A stretch of DNA of 64,000 nucleotides, from NCBI GenBank assembly GCA_030603385.1, contig JAUVXW010000012.1, forward strand, positions 28,015 through 92,014, given 5' to 3'. A program made the translations under genes and the position numbers. Under the pieces are notes generated by a model. The model saw only the letters and a list, made by a program, of their open reading frames with translations, did no database searches and had not been told where the DNA came from. This document shows, piece after piece, positions 50,094-60,460 of this stretch; within the stretch, counting starts at the first letter, position 1; each line of letters starts with the position of its first letter. Source of the stretch: Promethearchaeota archaeon (GTDB taxonomy: Archaea; Asgardarchaeota; Lokiarchaeia; Sigyniarchaeales; SOKP01).

Positions 50094-50374
50094 TTTCTTT
50101 AATATTGATTTTAAATTATAAATTTAAATCATAAAAAAGTAAGTAAGAATAATATTTATACATTTTTCAGGTTCAATTTTTCATATAAATGTCTTCTTGA
50201 TTAGAATATCAACGCAAATCTTCCTTTCTCATTTAATTCACTGGAAAATGCGTAAAAATCGATGTTTTTTATTTAAAAACTTTTGGTTTTGTTTACCATT
50301 ATATATAGCCATTTCAATTAATAGAATAACAAATAATTTGATAACACAACCATTAAGTTTAAGAGATTTTAATT

Positions 50375-50590
50375 ATGATCACAGAAGATGTTATTAAAAT
50401 TTATCAAAAAAATATTAATCAATTTGAAGAAAATTTATATCCAGATATCTCAGGTGCAGTAATGTCTTTTTCAGATGTACACAAATTTGAAGCCCCTCAA
50501 TATATTTACAACGGGGATGAAGAAATTCCTTTCAATGAAAGACACCCTGAATATCAACGGATTTTTAAAGAAGAATTTCTTGATAAATGA
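50375..50590 (+). CDS. Small protein, paralog 2 of the family
   Basis: PDISGAVMSFS..PQYIYNG..IPFNER..YQRIFKEEF. Confidence 0.75.
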   Translation: MITEDVIKIYQKNINQFEENLYPDISGAVMSFSDVHKFEAPQYIYNGDEEIPFNERHPEYQRIFKEEFLDK

Positions 50591-50699
50591 GCTATTCTTT
50601 AGGAAGAATAATTGATATTCATTTGGAGTTATTTTAGTAAAAAAGCTGTTTCTTTATATATGTAGATTTAGACAAATCGTAAAAGAACGCAATTCTACG

Positions 50700-51011
50700 A
50701 TGACCTTTAAGTCAAATTCTATTGAAAAACAGGTTGAAGATTTTTTAGAAAACTCATTTGGCACAGATGATTATTTCTTTGATAGTGAAATTCAGAAAAA
50801 GAGGTTTGTTTTGCTATCAAAACTTGTTGCAGACTTATTTAATTGCAAAAATTCAACTGTATGCTTTCATAATATCTCGAATTTAATAATTCTTATTTTA
50901 AATATATACAATGAGAAATTTCCTGTTGATGTTTACTCTAATAGTAAAATATGTAGAAGAAAAAAGCCCAATTCCAAATTAAAACATATCATAAAAGAAA
51001 ATTTGCTGTAG
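50700..51011 (+). CDS. Small protein, divergent paralog 3 of the family
   Basis: NISNLIILIL..PVDVYSN..LKHIIKEN, same spacing as the other members. Confidence 0.6.
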   Translation: MTFKSNSIEKQVEDFLENSFGTDDYFFDSEIQKKRFVLLSKLVADLFNCKNSTVCFHNISNLIILILNIYNEKFPVDVYSNSKICRRKKPNSKLKHIIKENLL

Positions 51012-51097
51012 GATTAAATTATTCACTGCATATTACTGATTATAATGATATCACTAAATTTGTTGGGAGTTTTCTCTTAAATTATCATAATACTATT

Positions 51098-51382
51098 TTG
51101 AAATTAAAAAAAATGAGTAAGGGGTTCAAATTGAGTTTAAAAGTATTAGGTAAAAAAATGGTTGATGTTGAACAAGAATTTGAAGTAGTTGAAAAGTTTC
51201 CAGATATTTCAAGATTAATCATCCCTTTCTCCATTGCGTTTAAAAAATTCAACCCTCCAGATATATATAATGGAGAAGAATTAATCCCATTTCAGGAGAA
51301 AGATTTAGATTTTAAAGAAATATTTATTCAGGAGTTTTTAACGGAATCAAACAATTCCAAAAAAGTCAATAAAAGGAAATAA
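51098..51382 (+). CDS. Small protein, paralog 4 of the family
   Basis: PDISRLIIPFS..PPDIYNG..IPFQEK..FKEIFIQEF. Confidence 0.75.
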   Translation: MKLKKMSKGFKLSLKVLGKKMVDVEQEFEVVEKFPDISRLIIPFSIAFKKFNPPDIYNGEELIPFQEKDLDFKEIFIQEFLTESNNSKKVNKRK

Positions 51383-51438
51383 ATGATTAAATATTCTATT
51401 TTCTTCTTTCTTATTTATTTGTAGAATTGCTAATAGTA

Positions 51439-51759
51439 TTAAATATTTCTTGTACTCGTTGAAATTGATTTTGGCATAAGAAACACATTTAAACACATAG
51501 GACAAGAATTATATTTTAATAACCAAGAAGTAATACATGCAGGATGATATTGGCTATCGCAGTAAGAACATTTTATCGTATTATTTTTCTTTGGACCAAT
51601 ATATTCATGGCATATTGTGCATTGAGTTTTCAATTTTGAAGATTTATAACTTTTTCTCAATTTAATGCCACAAAAACAACAGTAATTCAATTGAGATATA
51701 TTACATCCTTGAATTTTTTTCCCGCAATAGGGACAATAATTGAATTTATGCAATGTCAA
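51439..51759 (-). CDS. Zinc-ribbon + RING-finger protein (E3 ligase-like)
   Basis: CPYC..CCFC, then CTIC..CSYC..HPACITSWLLKYNSCPMC. Confidence 0.85.
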   Translation of the reverse strand: MTLHKFNYCPYCGKKIQGCNISQLNYCCFCGIKLRKSYKSSKLKTQCTICHEYIGPKKNNTIKCSYCDSQYHPACITSWLLKYNSCPMCLNVFLMPKSISTSTRNI

Positions 51760-51897
51760 TTTATTAGCATCTCATATAATTTGCTTTTTAACCTTTAATC
51801 ACAATTTATTCAAAAGCATAAAAGAACATTTTCTAGTCCGATTTTTAATGAAAAAAATTAAAAAAAAGATAATAAAATTATTACTTATTATTAAAAT

Positions 51898-52293
51898 TCA
51901 TTTTTCTTGTAGAATATAGAAATAAATAAATGCCATCAAGAATGCGGCAAACATTCCAAAAATCCACCAGCCAGCAATCGGTCCCGAATCAACTAACCAC
52001 CATACCATTGCTATTATTGCAGTTATCAACCATATTAACTCCATTTGGACAAAAAGCTTTGCTTTCTCCCAATCTTTGCTTCTATATGCAAGAAGCGAAC
52101 TTCCCCCTAAAGCAAGAGATGCTGCCCCTATTATTCTAAATGCTCCGTGATCTGTAATCTCAAAATCAAATAGATCACAGTAGAACTCTGGGAAAAATAA
52201 AAAGATAAATCCTATGATGAGTCCTAAGACAAAGTGTAAGAGAAATACAATTTCAAGACCTTTCGATAATTCTTTTGCCATTGATTCACTCAC
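51898..52293 (-). CDS. Four-TM membrane protein
   Basis: Four hydrophobic helices. Confidence 0.7.
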   Translation of the reverse strand: MSESMAKELSKGLEIVFLLHFVLGLIIGFIFLFFPEFYCDLFDFEITDHGAFRIIGAASLALGGSSLLAYRSKDWEKAKLFVQMELIWLITAIIAMVWWLVDSGPIAGWWIFGMFAAFLMAFIYFYILQEK

Positions 52294-52411
52294 ATTTTAT
52301 TACTAATTATTTTATTTATTTGTAAGTTTAAATTAGATCCTTTGAGTTTTTATAGAATTCGCTTTTCTTTTATAAAAATTTTAAATAAAAATGCAATTCA
52401 TGAAGGGAAAC

Positions 52412-53200
52412 TTACTTGAACTTATTGATGAATTCTTTCAATGGTGTTAAATATTCATCTTCGAAAGAAAAAATATTATTATGGCCAGCACCCTCTATTA
52501 ACACTAATTTTTTCTCAACACCTTCAGGCAAACTTTCATATATTAATTGCCCCTGAATGGAAGGAATAATAAAATCATTAGTACCATGAATGACTAATAC
52601 AGGTTTTTGGAATTTTCTTATTCTTGTATCGTTCGAATATTCACTTAATAATTCTGGTGTTATTTCAGAACCTGTTACTCTAAACAATCTTGACATCATA
52701 TCGTATATACTTGCAAACCCACTTTCAAAAATAATTCCACGTAAACTCTCAGGATTGTGTGAACCAATTTCAGATGTGCATATGCTTCCCAATGAGCGTC
52801 CCAGAATAAATAAAGAATCGCTAATACTATTTTTAATCATCCATTTATAAAATTCATTATATATTGGAAGGGCATCCGTTATTAAACTGGTATAATATGG
52901 TTCACCTGAACTAAATCCATATCCACGAAAATCCACAACCGCTAAGTTAACATTACACTCAAAAAAGAAATTTAAAAAATATTGATAGTCTGCCGCAATC
53001 TCACCATTTCCATGGAACATTAAAATGGTAGGAAAATTTGGATTATTTAAATAAAAAAATCCTCCAATGAGAATGTTTTTATCTATTTGAAGTTTTAAGA
53101 CTCTGATGTTTGGGTCTTTTTCATCAGGAATCAGAATCTTTCGAGGATAAAAAACAACATTAGAAACTGCTGGATTATCAATCAACAATTTTTTTACCAT
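52412..53200 (-). CDS. Alpha/beta hydrolase (ABHD13/17-like)
   Basis: FHGNGE, DFRGYG.S.G, GRSLGS, HGTND, GAGHN. Confidence 0.9.
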   Translation of the reverse strand: MVKKLLIDNPAVSNVVFYPRKILIPDEKDPNIRVLKLQIDKNILIGGFFYLNNPNFPTILMFHGNGEIAADYQYFLNFFFECNVNLAVVDFRGYGFSSGEPYYTSLITDALPIYNEFYKWMIKNSISDSLFILGRSLGSICTSEIGSHNPESLRGIIFESGFASIYDMMSRLFRVTGSEITPELLSEYSNDTRIRKFQKPVLVIHGTNDFIIPSIQGQLIYESLPEGVEKKLVLIEGAGHNNIFSFEDEYLTPLKEFINKFK

Positions 53201-53358
53201 ACTATAAAACCTCTTACTTAAACTTAAAAAATTTTCTTTAATACTTTTACAATTTCCTTAATAATTTTTTGATAAAAATGTAAAATTTTATATTGTATGA
53301 AAAAAAGGATATAATCGCCTAATATAGTCTAATTATAAAAAAAAGGTGAATCCAAAAT

Positions 53359-53670
53359 ATGGGAATAATGATGGTAACAACTTGGTATCCTATGCATAAA
53401 TCAATGGATGTTGCAAAAAAGTATCTTAAAGCACCTAGAGAGATTCCATTTGTAACAAAATGGCGTGTTTTCAATACACCAGCTGGAAAAGATGGAATGA
53501 AGCAATATCATATACTTTATACTGAGAGAGGAAAGCTTGAAGAAGCGGGAGAGGGAGTTTTCAAATATTTTATGCCCTTTGCTTTTGAAATTGAAGGATT
53601 TCATATTGCTACTGAAAATTTAATGGGAGTTTCTGATTCCTATAGAACTATAGGGTTGGAATGGAAATAA
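53359..53670 (+). CDS. Hypothetical protein (probable ferredoxin-like alpha/beta fold)
   Basis: 103 aa ORF with GGTG SD-like motif upstream and a T-rich tract downstream. Confidence 0.7.
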   Translation: MGIMMVTTWYPMHKSMDVAKKYLKAPREIPFVTKWRVFNTPAGKDGMKQYHILYTERGKLEEAGEGVFKYFMPFAFEIEGFHIATENLMGVSDSYRTIGLEWK

Positions 53671-53706
53671 TTTCAATAAAATACTACTTTTTTTTCATTT
53701 TTTTTA

Positions 53707-54225
53707 TTAAAATCTATGTTTTTTGTAGTAGATCAATAGGATACCCATTGTTCCGAATAATACCATAATGAAAGAAGTAAGTGAAAAATCGATACCTTGT
53801 CCGTTATCATTTGTACAAACGTCGTATCCAGCACTTTTCCATGCTGAAATACCACCATCCATGTTATATACTTTCGTAAATCCATTAATATCGAGAATTT
53901 GGCTTGCATCTGCACTTCTAGAACCAGATTGGCAATAAACAATTATCTCAGTATTATTGTAAGGATAGAGCTCATTCAAATTTGATTCGAGTTCATCGAG
54001 AGGTATTAGAGTGGCATTACATATATGTTCTGCATCATATTCACCTTGGGTTCTGACGTCTAAAATAACTAAATCTGGATAAAGAGTAGAGTTAGTTATC
54101 ATTTCATGAGCATCCTCAACAGAAATAATTTCAACCATTCCTCTAACAGGAACTATTGATATCTGACCGACGACTGAGAATGAACAGAGTATGATTAGAA
54201 TAAAAATTAATTTTTTCCGAACCAT
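53707..54225 (-). CDS. Membrane-anchored extracellular rhodanese-domain protein
   Basis: Signal peptide; LDVRT..EY..HI, YCQSGSRS, DGGISAW; C-terminal TM helix. Confidence 0.9.
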   Translation of the reverse strand: MVRKKLIFILIILCSFSVVGQISIVPVRGMVEIISVEDAHEMITNSTLYPDLVILDVRTQGEYDAEHICNATLIPLDELESNLNELYPYNNTEIIVYCQSGSRSADASQILDINGFTKVYNMDGGISAWKSAGYDVCTNDNGQGIDFSLTSFIMVLFGTMGILLIYYKKHRF

Positions 54226-54256
54226 TATCTCTCACGATTTTTTACTAATATTTAAG

Positions 54257-55003
54257 TTATTGTGCTTTTCCTTGATCTGCTACGGCTTTAATAGCGTCTT
54301 CAACTTTTGAAAGGTCTCCGAGATAATAGTGGTTAATCGGTTTCATCTTCTCATCTAACTCATATATTAATGGTATTCCCGTAGGGATATTTAATTTTAC
54401 TATTTCTTCCTCTGGAACATTGTCAAGGTATTTGACAAGAGCTCTTAGGCTATTTCCATGAGCAGAAATCAAAACTCTTTTTCCTGATTCAATAATAGGG
54501 ACGATTGTTTCATGCCAATAAGGTAAAACTCTTTCTACAGTGTCTTTGAGGCACTCAGTCAAAGGAATTTCTTCTGATTTCAATTCACTATACCTCCTAT
54601 CATTTCCAGGATATCTTGGATCACTGGTTTTAAGAGCTGGTGGGGGTACATCATAACTTCTCCTCCAAATAAGAACCTGTTCTTCCCCATTTTCTGCCGC
54701 CATCTTAGCCTTATAAAATCCTTGCAAAGCACCGTAATGCCTTTCATTTAATCTCCATGAACGATAAATAGGAAGCCACATTAAATCCATCTCATCCAAA
54801 ACAATCCACAAAGATCTTATTCCCCTTTTTAAAACGGATGTAAAAGCAATATCAAAAGTATAACCTTCTTCTTTTAGTAATCTAGCTGCTTCTTTTGCTT
54901 CTTCAACTCCTTTTTCTGAAAGATCTACATCAGTCCAACCTGTGAAACGGTTTTCCTTATTCCAAATACTTTCCCCATGCCGTAATAAAACAACCTTATA
55001 CAT
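54257..55003 (-). CDS. gpmA: 2,3-bisphosphoglycerate-dependent phosphoglycerate mutase
   Basis: [28 protein letters not shown]. Confidence 0.97.
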   Translation of the reverse strand: MYKVVLLRHGESIWNKENRFTGWTDVDLSEKGVEEAKEAARLLKEEGYTFDIAFTSVLKRGIRSLWIVLDEMDLMWLPIYRSWRLNERHYGALQGFYKAKMAAENGEEQVLIWRRSYDVPPPALKTSDPRYPGNDRRYSELKSEEIPLTECLKDTVERVLPYWHETIVPIIESGKRVLISAHGNSLRALVKYLDNVPEEEIVKLNIPTGIPLIYELDEKMKPINHYYLGDLSKVEDAIKAVADQGKAQ

Positions 55004-55187
55004 TTTACCTCAAGTTCTCAATAATATTATATTCGCATTATTTGAATATTTTAAAACTTAATATATATCTCTTTACTTTTTAAAGAAAAAGAGAAAGAAA
55101 AAGTATAGAAAATTTAAAAGTTTAAATAGAAGAATTGGATCAGTATAACTTAACACACCGTTATTTGAAGTCCAAAAAAAATTTCAT

Positions 55188-55894
55188 TTGAAAGTGATTG
55201 ACATGAAAAAGTTAATGAAAATAACTCTATTTTTATTTTGCACTACTTTATTCTTATTTCCCTTTATATTTAGTGCTACATGTACCACTACACAAGGGGA
55301 TACAACATTTGGTGTAGATGAGGGGGAAACTCTTGTATGGACAGCTACTGGCGGGTCACCTGAAATTATTGGATTTAAGTATAATATAACTATTGAGGAC
55401 ATTTATAATGGAACCTACATGACAGTAGATTCATACTTAATAGATGTTACTATGAGTGAATACAATAAAACTGAAGATAAATGGTCTATTATGATTAATG
55501 ATGACTTTTTTGTCGCAGCTAACGAAACTCAGAATTTTCTTTCATACACGGGCGCTTTAATGGGCATGCCCTTATGGTTTATAATCCCTACTCCAATAAA
55601 TTTAACCATACTCGGTGAATTCGCTGTATCCACAGGATTTTATACAAATTATACTGTTAGTGGAACAGAATTGATTTAAATGAAATCTTGGGTTTAGGAA
55701 CTTATAAAATAACTTATAATTCAGATGGTATATTGACAAAACATGTAACTGAATTCTTTGGAGTAGTTATCGTAGTAATGGTATCAGGTGAAGGAGGAGG
55801 TGAAGATGCGATACCATTTGGGGGTTATTTCCTGATTTTCACTGTAATTGGAACGGTAGCACTAATTTATCTGGAAAAGAGAAAAACTAAATAA
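55188..55894 (+). pseudogene. Cell-surface protein with IPFG-TM tail, split by a frameshift
   Basis: ORFs 55188-55679 and 55688-55894 join if one nt is restored near 55674-55677; resembles 2502-3335. Confidence 0.7.
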
Positions 55895-55923
55895 TTTTTT
55901 TTTATTTTTTGATTTTAACTCAA

Positions 55924-56283
55924 TTACTCCATTTTAAAATCCTTAATTACATTCACTTTTTTATTGACGTCAATAGTGATAGCAATAAGCTTAGGTTCTT
56001 CCTCGTCTTCATCCTCCTCAGGATCAAACATCACAAAATAAAACTGATTTTCTTCAAGTTCATATCCAACTTCCATCTCACCACAATCATCAGGTAATAT
56101 TTTTTTAATATCATCTGGTGCATTATCTTTTAGAATTTCATAAATAGAATCTTCAGCAATGTTTTGTTTTGCTCTAATTTCTTTGATGTTAGTGAAATCA
56201 AATTCTCCGAGGGATTTTTGAGTGTTTGTATTTAACTCATTCCATTCTTGAAACAGATTTTCTAAATTCGGTTTTGAAGTCAT
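55924..56283 (-). CDS. Acidic hypothetical protein
   Basis: 119 aa ORF with protein-like composition. Confidence 0.7.
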   Translation of the reverse strand: MTSKPNLENLFQEWNELNTNTQKSLGEFDFTNIKEIRAKQNIAEDSIYEILKDNAPDDIKKILPDDCGEMEVGYELEENQFYFVMFDPEEDEDEEEPKLIAITIDVNKKVNVIKDFKME

Positions 56284-56345
56284 AAGAAATCATTAAATTT
56301 GAATATAATAAAATTTCTTATTATTAAGGAAATAAATATTTAATT

Positions 56346-56939
56346 TTGAATAGAGGTGTTAAAATGGAACTCCAACTCCCAAAACCAGTATTGGAAGGTG
56401 GTAAGAGTCTAGAAGAATGTATACATAAACGTGAAAGTGTACGAAGCTATAGTGATAAAAAAATTGAGATTGAAAAAATATCACAAATTTTGTGGGCGGC
56501 TCAAGGCAAGAAAGGGCAGAAGAGAACAGTACCTTCTGCGGGAGCTATATATCCTTTAGAAATATATGCTACGATAAAAGATAAAGGATTCTTTCATTAT
56601 AACTTTAAAAATCATCTTTTAGAATTAATTACAGAAGACGATTTAAGTCATAAATTAGCTCAAGCATCTTGGGATCAAAGATTTATAGAAGAGGCATATC
56701 TTAATGTAGTAATCTGTGCTAACTATTCAAGAACAACCAATCAATATGGTGAAAGAGGTGTAAGGTACGTGTATATTGAAGTAGGACACTGCGCTCAAAA
56801 TGTACATTTGGAGGCTGTAGCATTAGACTTATCGTCTGTACCAATTGGTGCTTTTCAGGATCGACAAGTTAAAAAAGTTCTGGATCTCCCTAAAAATCTT
56901 GAACCGCTTTATATTATACCAATTGGATATCCTAAATAA
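56346..56939 (+). CDS. SagB/ThcOx-family nitroreductase-like protein
   Basis: KRESVRSY, RTVPSAGAIYPLE, EVGHCAQNVHL, IGAF. Confidence 0.9.
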   Translation: MNRGVKMELQLPKPVLEGGKSLEECIHKRESVRSYSDKKIEIEKISQILWAAQGKKGQKRTVPSAGAIYPLEIYATIKDKGFFHYNFKNHLLELITEDDLSHKLAQASWDQRFIEEAYLNVVICANYSRTTNQYGERGVRYVYIEVGHCAQNVHLEAVALDLSSVPIGAFQDRQVKKVLDLPKNLEPLYIIPIGYPK

Positions 56940-56949
56940 AATTGATATT

Positions 56950-57498
56950 CTAATGAAATCTTTGCACTTTATACTCTTTTTCTTCAATAGAAAATAACAT
57001 TGTTTTTGGAACGATGTTATTGTGTTTGATATGCCCTATATATTTCATTCCTATTCTTTCTGCGACTTTCCATGCACGAGTGTTATTTGGGTGTATAAAT
57101 ATTACAATTTTTGGTATTTGTGTTACTTCAAATGAATACTCTAATAATTTTAGCATAGCTTCTATCGCAAATCCATTCTTTCTATATTCAGGCAATAAAG
57201 CATAAAAGCATTCGACTGTTCCATTATCCTCTAAAGATTTTAGTCCACAGGTTCCTAAAAAATCCTCATTTTCTTTATTGCAAATCACCAACGCAAAAAT
57301 GGGCTCGGGAGAATTATAAGAATTTAGAATTGATGAAAATAAAGATTTTTCACATCTCGGTGTTAGTTGTTCTGGTGTCAAATATCGATTTTTAGAAAAT
57401 GATTCATCTTTCATTAATAGGAAAAAAGACTTGAAGTCTTTATCAATGTAAGGTCTAAGAACAAGTCTTCTTGTCTCTAACCTCTCAGGAGCTTTCAT
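56950..57498 (-). CDS. RimJ/RimL-type GNAT acetyltransferase
   Basis: LETRRLVLRP, YRKNGFAIEA, N.RAWKVAERIGM. Confidence 0.88.
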   Translation of the reverse strand: MKAPERLETRRLVLRPYIDKDFKSFFLLMKDESFSKNRYLTPEQLTPRCEKSLFSSILNSYNSPEPIFALVICNKENEDFLGTCGLKSLEDNGTVECFYALLPEYRKNGFAIEAMLKLLEYSFEVTQIPKIVIFIHPNNTRAWKVAERIGMKYIGHIKHNNIVPKTMLFSIEEKEYKVQRFH

Positions 57499-57825
57499 GT
57501 TACTAAGAAAAATTCAAATTTTAACAAGAAATATTATTTAGATTTTAACTATAAAATTCGATTAATATCTTAATTATTTATAATTAATTGTTATTTTTTT
57601 ATTTGTTGATAATAATTTTAGATGATTTAAAAATCAAATCTAACTTTAAATAAGAGATTTTTTGATTTCTATAAAACCTTAATTTCATTTTTTTAAATCC
57701 AATTTTTTGGAAATAATTAATCTAATTAGAGAGATTTTAATATGTATTCTAATTTTCAATACATTCATTTAGTACTCAATTTTGAAGATAATTTTTAAAT
57801 CGTGTAATTGATTAGAGAAAAAAAA

Positions 57826-58416
57826 TTATTGGTTATTTTCTTCATCTACATCAAATAATTCATGTAAAGCATTTACTGTTTCATTATTTAATTCCTTTCT
57901 TTTTTTTCGAATATTATGTCTTGTGGTATCAATAAAATCCCATAAATGTTTTGTAGAAGGTGATTCTGGCAGACGCTGTAAATAATGTTCAATCATATCA
58001 CATACTTTTAGTCTTTCTTCATCATCGGCAAATATAGAACCATCTAATGATAAGTTGGCAATCGATTTTTCTAACCAATCTTCCTTGCCTTTATCAGACT
58101 TCCTACCCTTCCAATTTTCGATCTCTATCTTTATATAAATCACAAAGAGCCAAGTAACAACTAATAAAATTATAGTATATAAAATACCAAGAAATAGATA
58201 CGATATAATTATCTCAGCCTTCTCATCTTCAACTACATTTGTAATAATAATAGCTACACCTATAAGTAGAAAGATAATCATAAAAACAACAACAAATACT
58301 TTTACAAATGTAGTGTACCATCTCCAATTTTCTGAATATGATTTTCTTATTAATTTTACCATTTTTAACAAACTCTTTTTATTTAGACAAACTCTCCCTA
58401 ATTTTAAAATAACCAA
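57826..58416 (-). CDS. Two-TM membrane protein, hypothetical
   Basis: Two TM helices plus a soluble helical tail; start probably MVKLIRK. Confidence 0.65.
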   Translation of the reverse strand: MVILKLGRVCLNKKSLLKMVKLIRKSYSENWRWYTTFVKVFVVVFMIIFLLIGVAIIITNVVEDEKAEIIISYLFLGILYTIILLVVTWLFVIYIKIEIENWKGRKSDKGKEDWLEKSIANLSLDGSIFADDEERLKVCDMIEHYLQRLPESPSTKHLWDFIDTTRHNIRKKRKELNNETVNALHELFDVDEENNQ

Positions 58417-58765
58417 ATTAAATTTTAAATTTGTTTGTTTTATTCAGATTGCTTCCATTTATAGAAAAATTGCTTAAACTTCTGTGAATTTGTATTTACA
58501 TTTTTAACATTGTATTCAACTTTGTAATATTGAGGATAAGAGTTAGAATATTTAAACGTAAGATGAAGAATAAGATAATGGAATTTTACTCTTTGTTATA
58601 ATACTTTTAGCTTCTCGAAAATTGATTTTCAATTTTTTAAATAGAATATTTTTTTGATTATAAAATTAACCCACTCTATACAAAATTAATTAATTATCAA
58701 ATTTAATTTCAAAAAGTTAAAACCAATTCCAAAATTATTATCCTTAAAAAGATTACTTCAGTTAC

Positions 58766-59413
58766 ATGCCAAGCGGCGTAATTTCTCACCAAGCACCCGG
58801 ATTAATATTAAAGATAAAATATCCAAGTAAGTTTGATGGAACAGCTCTTTGTATTAGTACATTCATTCCAGATATCAATGTTTTTCTTAACCCCTTTTTA
58901 CCATTTAATTTTAGAAATTTTACTCATAGCCTATTAGGGTTAGTATTACTCACTGTACCTTTAACACTTATTTTAACAGTTATATTTTGTATGAATATTG
59001 GTCCTTTTTTCTCTAATATTGCCAAGAAAAATGGAATTTTCTCTAAACCTCTGAATTATTTTGGCGTTGATGGATGGGATAACTTAAAGAAAAAGAAATT
59101 TAATAAAAGGTTTTTTATAGTAGCCTCTTATTCGGCGTTTATCGGAGGATTAACACATCTTTTGCTTGATCTCCCTGCGCATGAAAATATCGAGATGTTT
59201 TTTCCGATAATACTGCAATCTCCTGATATATTACTCTACTCAATTATAGATTTTGGACCTGTAACTATTGGTAAAACACTAGTAGAACGTAATTTAACCG
59301 TGTATGGACTTATATGGATTATTGAAACCTTAATTACCTTAGTTATAGCTCTTTATCTTCTCAGATACATTAAAAAACACGATTTAATTAGTAAGTGGTA
59401 TAATAAAACTTGA
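58766..59413 (+). CDS. DUF4184 / membrane-bound metal-dependent hydrolase-like protein
   Basis: SH, PD, THS and THLLLD motifs with TM helices. Confidence 0.75.
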   Translation: MPSGVISHQAPGLILKIKYPSKFDGTALCISTFIPDINVFLNPFLPFNFRNFTHSLLGLVLLTVPLTLILTVIFCMNIGPFFSNIAKKNGIFSKPLNYFGVDGWDNLKKKKFNKRFFIVASYSAFIGGLTHLLLDLPAHENIEMFFPIILQSPDILLYSIIDFGPVTIGKTLVERNLTVYGLIWIIETLITLVIALYLLRYIKKHDLISKWYNKT

Positions 59414-59443
59414 TTTGATTTATTTTTAAAGTGTGAAGCGATA

Positions 59444-60460
59444 ATGGATTCTACCTCCAATACTAATAAAAAACAAGACGTCACTGCCTACATATTATTA
59501 ATCTTAACAGCTGTTATTTGGGGAGGGACTTGGCCATTAGGTAGATGGTTAGTATCTGAAGATGTTGGTGGCGAAACCATCCCTCCACTGATGATAGCAG
59601 TGATCCGCTATTTTCTGGCGATATTATGTTTTTTTCTCATTCTTAAATATAAAGAAGGAACTTTAAATTGGAAATTCGCAAAGGAAAACTGGAAAATATT
59701 AACTTTAATGGGGTTATTATCTGTAACAATTTATCAAATAGGTTATCTTATAGGTGAAATTTTCACGTCTGCAAGTGATGCCAGTATAATGGTTGCAACT
59801 AACGCAGTATGGGTTGTAATTTTTTCCAGTATATTCTTAAAAACAGAATTTTTGACCTGGAAGAAAATTATTGGAACTCTTTTAGCATTTATGGCTGTTA
59901 TTATCGTTGTGGGATTTTCTCCGAATGTAGATGTTTCGAATCGAATTCTCGGAGATATATTGATATTAGTAGCAGCATTTGCTTATGCTGTATATACGGT
60001 AACGTCACGTTTTTTTTTGAATAGAACTCAAATATATTCTGAATCTTATCAACCAAGCTCATTGTGGATAATAACCTGGGTTTCTTTTTTTGGATTGTTA
60101 GCAACCACACCTATTGCATTACTAACAAGCCCGGAATATCTTAATCCATTAGAATACTTAAACGTCCCACCTCGAATATGGATTGGAATTACATATTTAG
60201 CATTCTTATCTACAGTTGGAGCATATACATTTTATTTAGAAGGAGTCAAACGATTAGGTGCCAGTAGAGCAGCGATATTCCAGACATTAGTCCCGTTATT
60301 TGGTGTGATTTTCTCTGCGATATTTCTACAAGAACAATTTGATGTTTTTATCTATCCTTTTGCTTTATTTCTAGTAATATTGGGAATAATACTTGTTAAT
60401 CGTAATTTCTCTCAAAAAAACGGAGAAAAACTAATAAAAAGTGAAAAAAGTAATATTTAA
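59444..60460 (+). CDS. DMT/EamA family transporter
   Basis: IWGGTW; ten TM helices in two repeats; GASRAAIF..LVP. Confidence 0.9.
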   Translation: MDSTSNTNKKQDVTAYILLILTAVIWGGTWPLGRWLVSEDVGGETIPPLMIAVIRYFLAILCFFLILKYKEGTLNWKFAKENWKILTLMGLLSVTIYQIGYLIGEIFTSASDASIMVATNAVWVVIFSSIFLKTEFLTWKKIIGTLLAFMAVIIVVGFSPNVDVSNRILGDILILVAAFAYAVYTVTSRFFLNRTQIYSESYQPSSLWIITWVSFFGLLATTPIALLTSPEYLNPLEYLNVPPRIWIGITYLAFLSTVGAYTFYLEGVKRLGASRAAIFQTLVPLFGVIFSAIFLQEQFDVFIYPFALFLVILGIILVNRNFSQKNGEKLIKSEKSNI

